This document shows positions 1-9,744 of a stretch of 32,000 bases of DNA, piece by piece. The stretch is taken from NCBI RefSeq assembly GCF_003864975.1, contig NZ_BHGL01000028.1:6211-38210 (forward strand), given 5' to 3'. Below the pieces are notes generated by a model, which saw nothing but the letters and a program-made list of their open reading frames with translations, ran no database searches and was not told the DNA's origin. The translations under genes and the position numbers were made by a program. Position 1 is the first letter of the stretch. Each line of letters opens with the position of its first letter. This DNA comes from Sulfuriferula thiophila. GTDB lineage: Bacteria; Pseudomonadota; Gammaproteobacteria; Burkholderiales; Sulfuriferulaceae.

Positions 1-908
1 CCATCCAGCGATTTCACATGCAAGGGTTGCGTTGCTACACTGCTGATTTGCATCACTGCCAGTGCATCCCAGCCGCCATCAGGGGCAGGTTGGGCATTCA
101 CTACCATACCCATGGCCTGACCTTCCATATCCGGGCTGTAAATCTCGTCGCCGGCAGCCATTGCCACCTCAGCGTGCACCAGATACATGCGCCGTTTCAA
201 TTTACCCAGATATTGGGTACGCGCAACAATTTCCTGCCCGGTGTAACAGCCCTTCTGGAAATTTACGCTATTGGTCAAATCGAAATTTACCATTTGCGGT
301 ACAAACTGTTCCTGTGTCGCAGCCACGATAGTTGGTACACCGGCACGTATTTCCAGCCATTGCCACTGATCCATGTCGATAGCAGTGGCTTGTTGTGCGA
401 TCTGCGCTAATACACCGTCTCTGTCTGCAGCCGGCACCGTAAGCTGGTAACGCTCGCTCGCCAGACGAATCACACTGACAGCACCCGCCTCGGCCGTTTT
501 CATATCCGCATCGATTTCACAGCCAGTCAGCGCTTTAACCACCGCGGCGGCGCCATGACCGGCGATACCCAGGCGCAGCCATTCCTCACGCGCATCACGT
601 GCTTTCACTTTGGACCGCAAAATATACATGGACAGTCGTTTTTGCAATGCGGGCTGCAACTCGGCTGCCAGTTGCAGATACGTACTCTCTCCCTGTTGCC
701 ACAACAGGAAGCTGCCAAGCAAACGCCCCTTGGGTGAACAGAATCCGCTGTATTGAGCCTGATGCTGGGCCAGTTGACGCGCATCATTTGTCAGCTGCCC
801 CTGCAAAAATGTCGTGGTATCGTCACCCTCAAAGGCAATTAAACCAGACTGGGAAAGATCAGCATAAACCGCCTGCGTCGCGAGTATTTCGGTTAAAGAG
901 TGTGCCAT
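1..908 (-). CDS. ygfZ: tRNA-modifying / folate-binding protein YgfZ (3' end truncated by window edge)
   Basis: Manual reverse-strand translation from ATG at 908..906 gives MAHSLTEILATQAVYADLSQSGLIAFEGDDTTTFLQGQLTND..., with the YgfZ signature KGCYTGQEIVART; open to base 1. Not in the supplied ORF track because it runs off the window. Confidence 0.93.
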   Translation of the reverse strand, partial: MAHSLTEILATQAVYADLSQSGLIAFEGDDTTTFLQGQLTNDARQLAQHQAQYSGFCSPKGRLLGSFLLWQQGESTYLQLAAELQPALQKRLSMYILRSKVKARDAREEWLRLGIAGHGAAAVVKALTGCEIDADMKTAEAGAVSVIRLASERYQLTVPAADRDGVLAQIAQQATAIDMDQWQWLEIRAGVPTIVAATQEQFVPQMVNFDLTNSVNFQKGCYTGQEIVARTQYLGKLKRRMYLVHAEVAMAAGDEIYSPDMEGQAMGMVVNAQPAPDGGWDALAVMQISSVATQPLHVKSLD

Positions 909-989
909 TTGGATTATTCACAGAATAGGATAGATAGGAAGTGGTTTTATTCTACCTAAAAATCACTTCATAAAAAATGCAGGCAACAA

Positions 990-1017
990 AAAAGCCGACC
1001 ATCAGGTCGGCTTTTTC
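990..1017. terminator. Bidirectional rho-independent terminator between the ala-rich lipoprotein gene and ygfZ
   Basis: AAAAAGCCGACC-ATCA-GGTCGGCTTTTT: 12-bp perfect stem, tetraloop, A/T tracts on both sides. Confidence 0.9.
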
Positions 1018-1035
1018 ATAAACAAGAATAAATTC

Positions 1036-1305
1036 TTATTTAGCGGCAGCGTCAGCAGCAGCAGCTGGAGCAGCGGCTTCAGCAGCGGCTGGAGCAGCAG
1101 CAGCAGCAGCGTCAGCAGCAGCGGCTGGAGCAGCAGCAGCAGCAGCGGCTGGAGCAGCAGCAGCAGCGTCAGCAGCAGCAGCAGGAGCAGCGGCTTCAGC
1201 AGCAGCAGGAGCAGCGTCAGCAGCAGGAGCTGCAGCTTCATCTTTTTTACCACAAGCGGTCAGGGTTAAAGCCATCAGAGCAGCGATCAGCAAGGAACGG
1301 GTCAT
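1036..1305 (-). CDS. Small alanine/proline-rich repeat lipoprotein
   Basis: Start at 1305 preceded by GGAGAT on the minus strand. MTRSLLIAALMALTLTACGKKDEAAAP...: signal peptide with lipobox-like LTAC followed by PAAA/DAAA repeats; ends at TAA 1036. Confidence 0.8.
   Translation of the reverse strand: MTRSLLIAALMALTLTACGKKDEAAAPAADAAPAAAEAAAPAAAADAAAAAPAAAAAAAPAAAADAAAAAAPAAAEAAAPAAAADAAAK
1049..1235. repeat. GCAGCAGC-type low-complexity repeat tract encoding Ala/Pro repeats
   Basis: Long run of GCAGCAGCAG / GCGGCTGGAGCAGC units seen directly; translates as AAAPAAADAA on the minus strand. Confidence 0.85.
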
Positions 1306-1542
1306 TATATAAATCTCCAAAATTTTAAAATTACAAAAAATCCAACTTGCACACGCTATGAACGGAAGCGCAAGCGTGGACAAACGAAACATCTTTTCGT
1401 TCGTAGGAAAATTATACGCAATATTTTTTATTTGTGTGCGCCTGTTATTAATTTTTTTCGCATATTAGCAACACCACAGCGTGATAAAATATGAAATTCA
1501 CCTTATTTAACACTTTGACACATCACCCTGAGGATATTTGCC

Positions 1543-2790
1543 ATGTTTAATCTCCAAGACACCATCGCCATTACCGATCCGGACTTATGGAAAGCAATGG
1601 AAGATGAGCGCGGTCGCCAGGAAGACCACATAGAGCTGATTGCTTCCGAAAATTACACCAGCCCGGCGGTAATGGAAGCACAAGGCTCCGTGTTGACCAA
1701 CAAATATGCCGAAGGCTACCCAGGCAAGCGTTACTACGGCGGCTGTGAGTTTGTCGACGTCGCAGAACAATTAGCTATTGATCGCGTTAAACAGTTATTT
1801 GGTGCCGAATACGCCAACGTGCAGCCGCATTCCGGTTCACAAGCCAACGCGGCGGTTTACTTATCTGTGCTCAAACCCGGTGACACTATACTTGGCATGT
1901 CACTGGCTCATGGCGGTCACTTGACCCACGGCGCTTCAGTGAACTTCTCCGGCAAGTTATTTAATGCAGTGACCTATGGCCTGCATCCTGAAACCGAAGA
2001 GATTGACTATGCCGAAGTCGAGCGCCTGGCGCTGGAGCACAAGCCTAAAATGATCGTTGCCGGTGCATCTGCCTATTCCCTGGTTATCGACTGGCAACGT
2101 TTTCGCAAAATTGCAGACAGCGTAGGGGCTTACCTGTTCGTCGACATGGCGCATTATGCCGGTCTGGTCGCGGCAGGTATCTATCCTAACCCGGTCGGTA
2201 TTGCTGATTTCGTCACCTCCACGACCCACAAGACATTACGCGGCCCACGTGGCGGCCTGATTATGGCTCGCGCCGAGTTTGAAAAGCAGCTGAACTCCAG
2301 CATTTTCCCGGGCACCCAGGGCGGCCCGTTGATGCACGTTATCGCGGCCAAAGCGATTGCCTTCAAGGAGGCCATGAGCGACGACTTCAAAACCTACCAG
2401 ACACAAGTGATTGCCAATGCCCGCATCATGGCAACCACACTACAAGCCCGTGGCTTGCGTATTGTGTCCGGCCGCACTGATTCACATTTATTCCTGCTGG
2501 ACCTGTGTGCTAAAAACATTACCGGAAAAGATGCTGAAGCAGCACTGGGACGCGCGCACATTACCGTTAACAAAAATGCGATTCCTAATGACCCGCAAAA
2601 GCCTTTTGTCACTTCAGGCATCCGTATCGGCACCCCGGCCATGACCACCCGCGGCTTTGGCGCTAAAGAAGCTGAGCAGCTTGCCCACCTGATTGCAGAC
2701 GTATTGGACGCACCAGCAGACGATGCCGTCATTGCCCGCGTAGCCACAGCCGCACAGGCTTTGTGCAAGCAATACCCTGTCTACGGCTAA
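1543..2790 (+). CDS. glyA: Serine hydroxymethyltransferase
   Basis: 415-aa ORF with [49 protein letters not shown] and PLP-lysine motif [13 protein letters not shown]. Confidence 0.98.
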   Translation: MFNLQDTIAITDPDLWKAMEDERGRQEDHIELIASENYTSPAVMEAQGSVLTNKYAEGYPGKRYYGGCEFVDVAEQLAIDRVKQLFGAEYANVQPHSGSQANAAVYLSVLKPGDTILGMSLAHGGHLTHGASVNFSGKLFNAVTYGLHPETEEIDYAEVERLALEHKPKMIVAGASAYSLVIDWQRFRKIADSVGAYLFVDMAHYAGLVAAGIYPNPVGIADFVTSTTHKTLRGPRGGLIMARAEFEKQLNSSIFPGTQGGPLMHVIAAKAIAFKEAMSDDFKTYQTQVIANARIMATTLQARGLRIVSGRTDSHLFLLDLCAKNITGKDAEAALGRAHITVNKNAIPNDPQKPFVTSGIRIGTPAMTTRGFGAKEAEQLAHLIADVLDAPADDAVIARVATAAQALCKQYPVYG

Positions 2791-2796
2791 ACGCAG

Positions 2797-3246
2797 ATGA
2801 AATGTCCATTCTGCGGTTCTTTCGACACACACGTTGCGGATTCGCGGGTGTCGGAAGCCGGCGACTCGGTACGACGCCGGCGGCGTTGCGGTGCCTGTGA
2901 TAAACGTTTCACCACCTACGAAACAGTGGAGTTACGCTTGCCACAAGTCGTTAAAACCAACGGTAGCCGCGAGGAGTTCTCGCCCGCCAAGCTGCGCGAA
3001 GGGTTTCGCCGCGCGCTGCATAAGCGGCCAGTCCCTACCGAATATGTCGACCAGGAAATTGAATTGATCGTTAAACACGTGCTGTCACTGGGCGAACGTG
3101 AAATACCGGCACGCCAGATCGGAGAAATGGTCATGCAGGCGCTGAAACGACTCGATAAGATTGCCTACATCCGTTTTGCCTCCGTATATAAGAGCTTTCA
3201 GGATGTCGATGATTTCCGCGACGTATTAAAAGATCTGGACAAGTAG
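2797..3246 (+). CDS. nrdR: Transcriptional repressor NrdR
   Basis: 149-aa ORF with N-terminal zinc ribbon [17 protein letters not shown]...[17 protein letters not shown] and ATP-cone domain. Confidence 0.98.
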   Translation: MKCPFCGSFDTHVADSRVSEAGDSVRRRRRCGACDKRFTTYETVELRLPQVVKTNGSREEFSPAKLREGFRRALHKRPVPTEYVDQEIELIVKHVLSLGEREIPARQIGEMVMQALKRLDKIAYIRFASVYKSFQDVDDFRDVLKDLDK

Positions 3247-3248
3247 GC

Positions 3249-4358
3249 ATGTGGACAGCCGATGATTACTCCTACATGGCGCAGGCGTTACGCCTGGCTG
3301 AACGCGGTTTGTATACCACTTCTCCCAATCCGCGGGTAGGTTGCGTCATCGTCAAGGATCATGTCATCGTTGGTGAAGGCTGGCATCAGCGGGCAGGTGA
3401 GCCTCATGCCGAAGTGCTGGCATTACGTCAGGCCGGCACATCCGCCCGTGGCGCTACGGCTTATGTCACATTGGAGCCATGCAGCCACTTTGGCCGCACC
3501 CCGCCGTGCGCCGATGCGCTGGTAGCTGCAGGCGTTGCCCGGGTGGTTGCCGCCATGCAGGACCCCAATCCGCAAGTTGCGGGCAGCGGACTGGCCCGCC
3601 TTGCTGCAGCAGGCATAACCACCAGCAGCGGCTTACTGGCAGCACAAGCGCAACAACTTAATATCGGCTTCATCCAGCGCATGACCCGCGCACGCCCCTG
3701 GCTGCGCATCAAAACCGCCTCATCACTGGATGGTAAAACCGCGCTCGCCAACGGCGACAGCAAATGGATTACTGCTGCCGCCGCGCGCCTCGATGTGCAT
3801 CGTCTGCGTGCACGCTCCTGCGCTATTCTGACCGGGATCGGCACTGTATTGGCAGACAACCCGCAGCTCAACGTACGCGACATCGAGACGACGCGCCAAC
3901 CCCTGCGAATTATCGTCGACTCGCACTTGCGTACGCCGACAGATGCCAGAATACTGCAGGACAAAGGCGCAATAATTGCTTATACTCAAGCCGACGCTTC
4001 TGCGCGGGAGGGCCTGATCCAAGCAGGTGCAGAGCTGATACAAGTGGATGATTTACAGGGCAAGGTTGATTTATCGGCACTGATGGCTATATTGGCACAG
4101 CGTGGCATTAACGAGATCATGACCGAGGCAGGCGCGCATTTGAATGCTGGCTTGATCATGGCGGGTCTGGTCGACGAGTGGGTGATGTACCTCGCCCCGA
4201 CTTTACTCGGCGATACGGCGCGCGGCTTATTCACGCTACCCGAACCCGCCGGGATGAGCAGTCGTCGCGAATTAAGCATTCACGATGTACGCCAGATCGG
4301 CTTGGATTTACGCATTACGGCACACTTTGAACACACGACACAACAATCAATCCACTAG
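3249..4358 (+). CDS. ribD: Bifunctional diaminohydroxyphosphoribosylaminopyrimidine deaminase / 5-amino-6-(5-phosphoribosylamino)uracil reductase
   Basis: Deaminase motifs HAEVLAL and TLEPCSHFGRTPPCADAL plus RibD C-terminal reductase domain. Confidence 0.97.
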   Translation: MWTADDYSYMAQALRLAERGLYTTSPNPRVGCVIVKDHVIVGEGWHQRAGEPHAEVLALRQAGTSARGATAYVTLEPCSHFGRTPPCADALVAAGVARVVAAMQDPNPQVAGSGLARLAAAGITTSSGLLAAQAQQLNIGFIQRMTRARPWLRIKTASSLDGKTALANGDSKWITAAAARLDVHRLRARSCAILTGIGTVLADNPQLNVRDIETTRQPLRIIVDSHLRTPTDARILQDKGAIIAYTQADASAREGLIQAGAELIQVDDLQGKVDLSALMAILAQRGINEIMTEAGAHLNAGLIMAGLVDEWVMYLAPTLLGDTARGLFTLPEPAGMSSRRELSIHDVRQIGLDLRITAHFEHTTQQSIH

Positions 4359-4366
4359 GGGAAATC

Positions 4367-5368
4367 ATGCTTTGGTTAGAATTATTCGGCTTTTTAATTG
4401 TTATTCTGGTCGCAGCGGAAGTATTCGTTAACGCGCTGGAACATCTGGGCGAAAAGCTCAAAATTTCAGAAGGCGTAACAGGCTCATTATTCGCGGCTGT
4501 TGGCACTGCGCTACCGGAAACCATGGTGCCGTTACTGGCGATTTTTGCCGGTACTACGGATGCCGCTGTTAACCAGGAAATCGGCGTCGGTGCGATCCTG
4601 GGAGCCCCATTGATGTTGTCCACGCTGTCACTGTCACTACTGAGCTTTGCTGTGCTGAAAAAACGCGGTGTACAAGGCCATTACAACCCCGAGCGCACCG
4701 GCCTGACCCGTGACATGAATTTCTTTCTGGTTGCCTTCGGCCTGGCCTGCACTGCCATGTTCATACCGCACGACAATACCACCATGCGTGCCGTTTTTTC
4801 TTTTGGCATGGTGTTCATTTACTTCATCTATGTGCTGATGACCATACGCGCCTCTGCCAACCTAGTGAATGATGGCCACGCCACCGAGGCTGAAGGCGCG
4901 ATGTTCCTGAATAAAGTAGGCATCCCTACCAACATGGCCACCATAATTCTGCAGCTTGTGTTAGGTCTAGGGTTATTGGTGGCCGGCGCAGAGGGTTTCA
5001 TCCATGGCATCCAGCAGGCAGCGCCGATACTCGGCATTTCCGCACTGCTGTTATCACTGATGATCGTCCCGATCGCCACCGAACTACCGGAAAAAGTGAA
5101 CAGCATACTGTGGATACGCCGCCATAAGGACACGCTGGCATTTGGCAACATCACTGGCGCCATGGTATTTCAGGGCACGCTGCTGCCAGCAATCGGTATC
5201 AGCCTGACCCCGTGGACACCGCAGCCAGCGGTGTTCATGGGGATCGTCGTCACGCTCATTGCCGCTGCCTGGTTACGCCTGATGCTCGCACGTGGGCAAT
5301 TACGTGTGTGGCATTTATGGGTAAATGGCGCGTTATATGTCGCATATCTGGCAGCCATGCTGTTATAA
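4367..5368 (+). CDS. Sodium/calcium-exchanger-like inner membrane protein
   Basis: 333-aa polytopic protein with alpha-repeat-like motifs (GSLFAAVGTALPETMVPLLAI; LLSLMIVPIATELPEKVNSILW) typical of the Na+/Ca2+ exchanger family. Confidence 0.75.
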   Translation: MLWLELFGFLIVILVAAEVFVNALEHLGEKLKISEGVTGSLFAAVGTALPETMVPLLAIFAGTTDAAVNQEIGVGAILGAPLMLSTLSLSLLSFAVLKKRGVQGHYNPERTGLTRDMNFFLVAFGLACTAMFIPHDNTTMRAVFSFGMVFIYFIYVLMTIRASANLVNDGHATEAEGAMFLNKVGIPTNMATIILQLVLGLGLLVAGAEGFIHGIQQAAPILGISALLLSLMIVPIATELPEKVNSILWIRRHKDTLAFGNITGAMVFQGTLLPAIGISLTPWTPQPAVFMGIVVTLIAAAWLRLMLARGQLRVWHLWVNGALYVAYLAAMLL

Positions 5369-5375
5369 AAACCTA

Positions 5376-5406
5376 AGGATGCCAAGCGTACTTCGCTTGG
5401 CATCCT
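5376..5406. terminator. Hairpin between convergent genes, probable bidirectional terminator
   Basis: AGGATGCCAAGCG-TACTT-CGCTTGGCATCCT, 13-bp perfect stem. Lies between the + exchanger-like gene and minus-strand pilR; T-rich only slightly downstream on the minus strand. Confidence 0.6.
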
Positions 5407-5420
5407 GACTCAGCAAATCC

Positions 5421-6770
5421 CTAATCCATCCCCAGACGTTCCAAACGATAACGCAACGCACGAAAAGTAACACCCAGCAATTTGGCGGCTGCCGTTTTGT
5501 TGTAACGCGTTTTCTCCAATGCGGCCTGTATCGCCTCCCGCTCCAGCCTGTCCAGATAATCCTGTAGCGGCCATTGCATGCCCGGCTGGGCAATCTCACC
5601 TGCGTTTTCCTCTACCGCAGGCGTCAGGTGCAGGTCATCCACGTCGATTTGTACGCTGCTTGCCAAGGCTAATGCGCGCTCCAGAATATTCTCCAACTCA
5701 CGCACATTACCGGGGAAATCATATTGCGACAACGCCGTCGCAGCAGCCTTGGTCAGACTAGGGGAACCCATGCCGGCCTCACTCGCCAATCTTGCCAGCA
5801 ACGTTTGTGCAATCAACGGAATATCTTCACGCATCTCCCGCAATGCAGGCATTTTCAGGGTAATGACATTCAACCGATAAAACAGATCCTGGCGAAAACG
5901 CCCTTCCTCGACACATCGCGCCAAATGCTGATGGGTTGCGCTGATGATGCGCACATCAACGGGTTCTTCAACATTACTGCCCAGACGGCGCACTTTCTTT
6001 TCCTGTATCACCCGCAACAGCTTCACCTGCATGGCCAACGGCAGGTCAGCCACTTCATCCAGAAACAGCATGCCACCATTCGCAGCCTGAAAAAAACCAT
6101 CACGCTCATTATCTGCGCCGGTAAAAGCGCCTTTTTTATAACCAAAAAATTCCGATTCCATCAGGTTCTCGGGAATAGCGCCACAGTTAACCGGCACAAA
6201 AGCCATCGCCGCACGATTACTCTGCTGATGTATCAGCCGTGCCGCCAGCTCTTTGCCGCTACCCGATTCACCAGTGATATAGACCGGTGCCTGGGTACGG
6301 GAAAGTTTGGCAATCAATTCGCGTGCCTGCTGCATTGCGGCCGAATCACCCACCAAATTACGCCCGCCGGAATTTACCCGCTCAGGTAATTTCAATGCAG
6401 ACTTAACCAAAGCCCGCAATTGCTCCAGAGTCACCGGTTTATTAATATAATCAAACGCTCCCGCCTTGAGCGCGGTCACTGCATTATCGGTATTGCCATG
6501 AGCCGTAATTACCGCAACAGGGATAGTCGGTCGCTCTGCCTGTATGTAACGTACTATTTCCAGCCCATCGCCGTCCGGCAAACGCATATCGGTCAGGCAC
6601 AGATTAAATTCGCTCTGTTTCAAGCTCGCTATGGCGTCGGCCACACACGTCGCCTTCACCACATCCAGTCCCATACGCAACAGCGTGATCTCCAGCAATT
6701 CCAGAATATCCGCTTCGTCATCAACAATAAGTACGGTTGGGATCATTTCGCTAGCCTGACGCTTCAACAT
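5421..6770 (-). CDS. pilR: Sigma-54-dependent response regulator, PilR-like
   Basis: Receiver domain (VLIVDDEADILELLEITLLRMG), AAA+ sigma-54 motifs GESGSGKELAARLIH and GAFTGA, C-terminal Fis-type HTH. Start chosen at MLKRQ (6770) because AGGAGGG precedes it; track ORF extends to 6785. Confidence 0.9.
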   Translation of the reverse strand: MLKRQASEMIPTVLIVDDEADILELLEITLLRMGLDVVKATCVADAIASLKQSEFNLCLTDMRLPDGDGLEIVRYIQAERPTIPVAVITAHGNTDNAVTALKAGAFDYINKPVTLEQLRALVKSALKLPERVNSGGRNLVGDSAAMQQARELIAKLSRTQAPVYITGESGSGKELAARLIHQQSNRAAMAFVPVNCGAIPENLMESEFFGYKKGAFTGADNERDGFFQAANGGMLFLDEVADLPLAMQVKLLRVIQEKKVRRLGSNVEEPVDVRIISATHQHLARCVEEGRFRQDLFYRLNVITLKMPALREMREDIPLIAQTLLARLASEAGMGSPSLTKAAATALSQYDFPGNVRELENILERALALASSVQIDVDDLHLTPAVEENAGEIAQPGMQWPLQDYLDRLEREAIQAALEKTRYNKTAAAKLLGVTFRALRYRLERLGMD

Positions 6771-8383
6771 CCACCCTCCTGGCAAGTAATTCTGAAATGC
6801 CCGCCTTTACCCGTAGACACACAATCCAGATAGGCCGCATTGGCATGACACAATTCTTTTGAAATATACAAACCTAACCCGGTACCACTCGACTCTGTGG
6901 TAAAAAATGGCTCAAACAATCGCGCCATATCTTTTTCGGCAACACCGGCCCCATCATCCATAATATGAATTTCCATCATGGCATTATCATGCTGAATTGC
7001 AACTTTCACGCTCCCCACCCGCTGCTGGCTATGCCGTAATGCATTCAAGCATAAATTCGTCATGACCTGATGCAAATGCCCGCGGTCGAAACAAATAAAG
7101 GCATCCGCGAATAAATCCAGACGAAACACGGCCCGATCCAGCGTCTGCGCATAACAGAACTCATCAATAAACTCTGATAAAAAAACATCCAGAACGATAC
7201 GCTCAGTCACGGTGCGATCACGCCGGTTCAAGGACATAACGTCCGTTACCAGACGGTTAATACGTTGCGTATTCTGCGCAATAATTTCCAGCAAACGCTG
7301 ATGACCGCGATCTCCGTCGTTATCTTCCTGCAATATCTCAGCAGCATGGCTGATTGCAGCCAGCGGATTGCGAATTTCATGGGCAATATTGGCTGTTAAG
7401 CGCCCTAATGCTGCCAACTTAATTTGTTGCGCCTGCTCATTAATACGCGTCATGTCTTCCAGCACCAGCACCGCCCCCATGACACGTTTATCGGTAACCG
7501 CAATAAAACGCGGCAAAAATTGCTCACCGTGCAAACCTAAGGAAATCGGTGGAAATTCAGCCTGTGGGTTCTTGCGCCACAAATCAAGATAATCAGAGAG
7601 TAACGGCACAGCACGCTGCAATTTGGTGCCGGCACCGGCATAAGCCAAACCAACACGACTCAGCAAACGCTTCGCCTGCTGATTTGCCTGGCGAATTTTG
7701 CCATCCCCATCCAGCACAACTACACCATCCTGCATATCATCAATCACCAGCTGATTGATCTGCGCCATATTTTCCAGATCTACGGCGCGTGCAGCAGCTA
7801 AAGCCTCGCTGAGACGATTGCGCTTGGCGAGAATATGCGCAACACCGGCTGTAGCAAAAAAGACTATTCCCAACAACCCGGCCTGGCCATAATCACTGAC
7901 AGCATGGTGATGATCCAGTACCCCCAGCGTCTGCACGATCAGCACCCCGGAAGCCGCCAGAGCAGCATGGAACATCACCATACGCCCCTGCGCCACCAGA
8001 CCACTGGAGGCCAGCGATACAATCAGCAGCAAGCCCAAGCCACTGCTTACCCCGCCGCTGGCTGCCATCATCAGCACGACAATGACAATATCGCCTATCA
8101 CCTGCACACCGAGTTGCACTTCAAATCGCGGTTGGCGCAAGCTGATAGTAACCACCGCAACCGCTGCAAAGCCCATATAAATAAGGCTATACAGATAGAA
8201 AATGACGGGGCTTTCCTGTCCGAATATCTGCTGTTCGGGTATAGACAGGCTCAGCAGCAGAAACAGGCTGGCAACAACCAGCCGATACAAATTCAGATAA
8301 TGCAGTGATTTCCAGCTACGCTCTGCACGGCCGCTCGCCAGTCGCGCTGCAGCCTTTACCCCCGCATCCGTCGCTATTGCCAC
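6764..8383 (-). CDS. pilS: Membrane sensor histidine kinase, PilS-like
   Basis: Multiple TM segments, PAS-like region, H-box ANIAHEIRNPLAAISHAAEIL, ATPase G boxes (GVAEKDMARLFEPFFTTESSGTGLGLYISKEL); overlaps pilR. Confidence 0.9.
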   Translation of the reverse strand: MAIATDAGVKAAARLASGRAERSWKSLHYLNLYRLVVASLFLLLSLSIPEQQIFGQESPVIFYLYSLIYMGFAAVAVVTISLRQPRFEVQLGVQVIGDIVIVVLMMAASGGVSSGLGLLLIVSLASSGLVAQGRMVMFHAALAASGVLIVQTLGVLDHHHAVSDYGQAGLLGIVFFATAGVAHILAKRNRLSEALAAARAVDLENMAQINQLVIDDMQDGVVVLDGDGKIRQANQQAKRLLSRVGLAYAGAGTKLQRAVPLLSDYLDLWRKNPQAEFPPISLGLHGEQFLPRFIAVTDKRVMGAVLVLEDMTRINEQAQQIKLAALGRLTANIAHEIRNPLAAISHAAEILQEDNDGDRGHQRLLEIIAQNTQRINRLVTDVMSLNRRDRTVTERIVLDVFLSEFIDEFCYAQTLDRAVFRLDLFADAFICFDRGHLHQVMTNLCLNALRHSQQRVGSVKVAIQHDNAMMEIHIMDDGAGVAEKDMARLFEPFFTTESSGTGLGLYISKELCHANAAYLDCVSTGKGGHFRITCQEGGC

Positions 8384-8385
8384 TA

Positions 8386-8601
8386 TCAGCCCCGATGCTC
8401 GCTTTGGTGTGCGTTGCTACAGAACCATGCCGCCTCGGAGCCAATAGCCTCACTGCGCGGCAAATGCACGCCACAGTGTGCACAACGCACCATATCTTCA
8501 GCGGATTTAGGCTTGGCGGAGGAAGGCGACGATGGCCGCTTAGAGCGCAACCACAAGTAAACGCCGCCGCCAATTAACAGAAAAAACAGGATTTTAGACA
8601 T
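8386..8601 (-). CDS. PP0621-like small membrane-anchored zinc-ribbon protein
   Basis: 71 aa: single TM helix (ILFFLLIGGGVYLWL) then CAHCGVHLPRSEAI...FCSNAH; directly upstream of pilS. Confidence 0.75.
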   Translation of the reverse strand: MSKILFFLLIGGGVYLWLRSKRPSSPSSAKPKSAEDMVRCAHCGVHLPRSEAIGSEAAWFCSNAHQSEHRG

Positions 8602-8638
8602 GAGAAATCAGCGCCAAAATGAACAAGTATGCGCTAAT

Positions 8639-8688
8639 TATAGCCTGAAAGCAGGACTGGAATCGTGAGCAAAGCACGACTGGCTATA
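8639..8688. repeat. Imperfect nested inverted repeat between ispB and the PP0621-like gene
   Basis: Outer arms TATAGCC / GGCTATA; inner arms TCGTG-AGCAAAG-CACGA. Confidence 0.5.
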
Positions 8689-8713
8689 GTCCGGGACTGG
8701 CGACAAACTGCAC

Positions 8714-9706
8714 CTAGTAACTTCTTGATACCGCAAATTCCGCCAGGGCAATCAGACTTAGTTTGTATTGAGATTCAGGTAGAACAGCAATCGCAGCAAT
8801 TGCCAAATCAACTTCACGCTGCGCCTGCGAACGTGTGTAATCAAGCGCACCACTAACCTGAATGGCCGCCAGGATAGGCTCGAACACTTCCAGACCGCCA
8901 TTTTCAATCGCGTGACGCACCATCTTTGCCTGCTCCGCCGTACCATGCTTGAGCAAATACAACAAAGGCAGGGTGGGCTTGCCTTCAGCCAGATCATCGC
9001 CGACATTCTTGCCAATCTCGGTATGATCACCCGAATAATCGAGCACGTCATCGATCAATTGAAAGGCTGTGCCCAAGTGCATGCCGTAATGCGCCATAGC
9101 CTCCTCGGTAGCCGCATCCGCCCCACCCAGTATCGCACCTAAACGTACTGCAGCCTCAAACAGCTTGGCAGTCTTATAACGTATTACCTGCAAATAATCG
9201 TCTTCGCTGATATCGGCATCATTACAGTTCATCAACTGCAACACCTCACCCTCAGCAATAATATTGGTCGCATCGGACAACACGTCCATGACGCGCATTT
9301 GTCCCACCCCGACCATCATCTGGAATGCACGGGAATACAAAAAATCCCCCACCAGAACACTAGCGGCATTGCCAAACAACGCATTGGCGGTTTCACGCCC
9401 ACGCCGCAGACTGGATTCATCAACCACATCGTCATGCAATAAAGTAGCGGTATGAATAAACTCCACAACGGCAGCCAGTTCATAGTGATGTATGCCCTGG
9501 TAATCCAGTGCACCCGCAGATAACAACACCAGAGCCGGACGTAAGCGCTTGCCACCACTGGCGATGATATACTCCGAAACTTGGCTCACCAAAGCCACTT
9601 CCGAATGAAGCCGCGCACGGATTACTTCATCAACCCGCTGCATATCTGCCGCCAAAAACGCTTGAATTGCCTGCATTATCACTAACCGCTTGTCAAAATT
9701 GCTCAA
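8714..9706 (-). CDS. ispB: Octaprenyl (polyprenyl) diphosphate synthase
   Basis: 330 aa with both aspartate-rich motifs LLHDDVVDES and LIDDVLDYSGD, plus GGKRLRPALVLLSA. Confidence 0.96.
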   Translation of the reverse strand: MSNFDKRLVIMQAIQAFLAADMQRVDEVIRARLHSEVALVSQVSEYIIASGGKRLRPALVLLSAGALDYQGIHHYELAAVVEFIHTATLLHDDVVDESSLRRGRETANALFGNAASVLVGDFLYSRAFQMMVGVGQMRVMDVLSDATNIIAEGEVLQLMNCNDADISEDDYLQVIRYKTAKLFEAAVRLGAILGGADAATEEAMAHYGMHLGTAFQLIDDVLDYSGDHTEIGKNVGDDLAEGKPTLPLLYLLKHGTAEQAKMVRHAIENGGLEVFEPILAAIQVSGALDYTRSQAQREVDLAIAAIAVLPESQYKLSLIALAEFAVSRSY

Positions 9707-9744
9707 TAGTAGGTAGGCAGGATACTTTAGTCAAGGGCATACAA

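Noticed and set aside
1049-1235. Possible CRISPR or regulatory repeat array
   Set aside because: No spacer/repeat architecture; repeats are near-trinucleotide and coding, explained by Ala/Pro repeats.
1002-1253. 83-aa leucine-rich minus-strand ORF in the repeat tract
   Set aside because: Alternate frame of the GCAGCAG repeat (poly-Leu) overlapping the supported lipoprotein and a terminator; artefact of low-complexity DNA.
5724-6389. 221-aa plus-strand ORF opposite pilR (and 13916..14524 opposite proS, 29172..29735 opposite map)
   Set aside because: All lie antisense to well-supported conserved genes and show Cys/His/Arg-rich composition typical of shadow frames.
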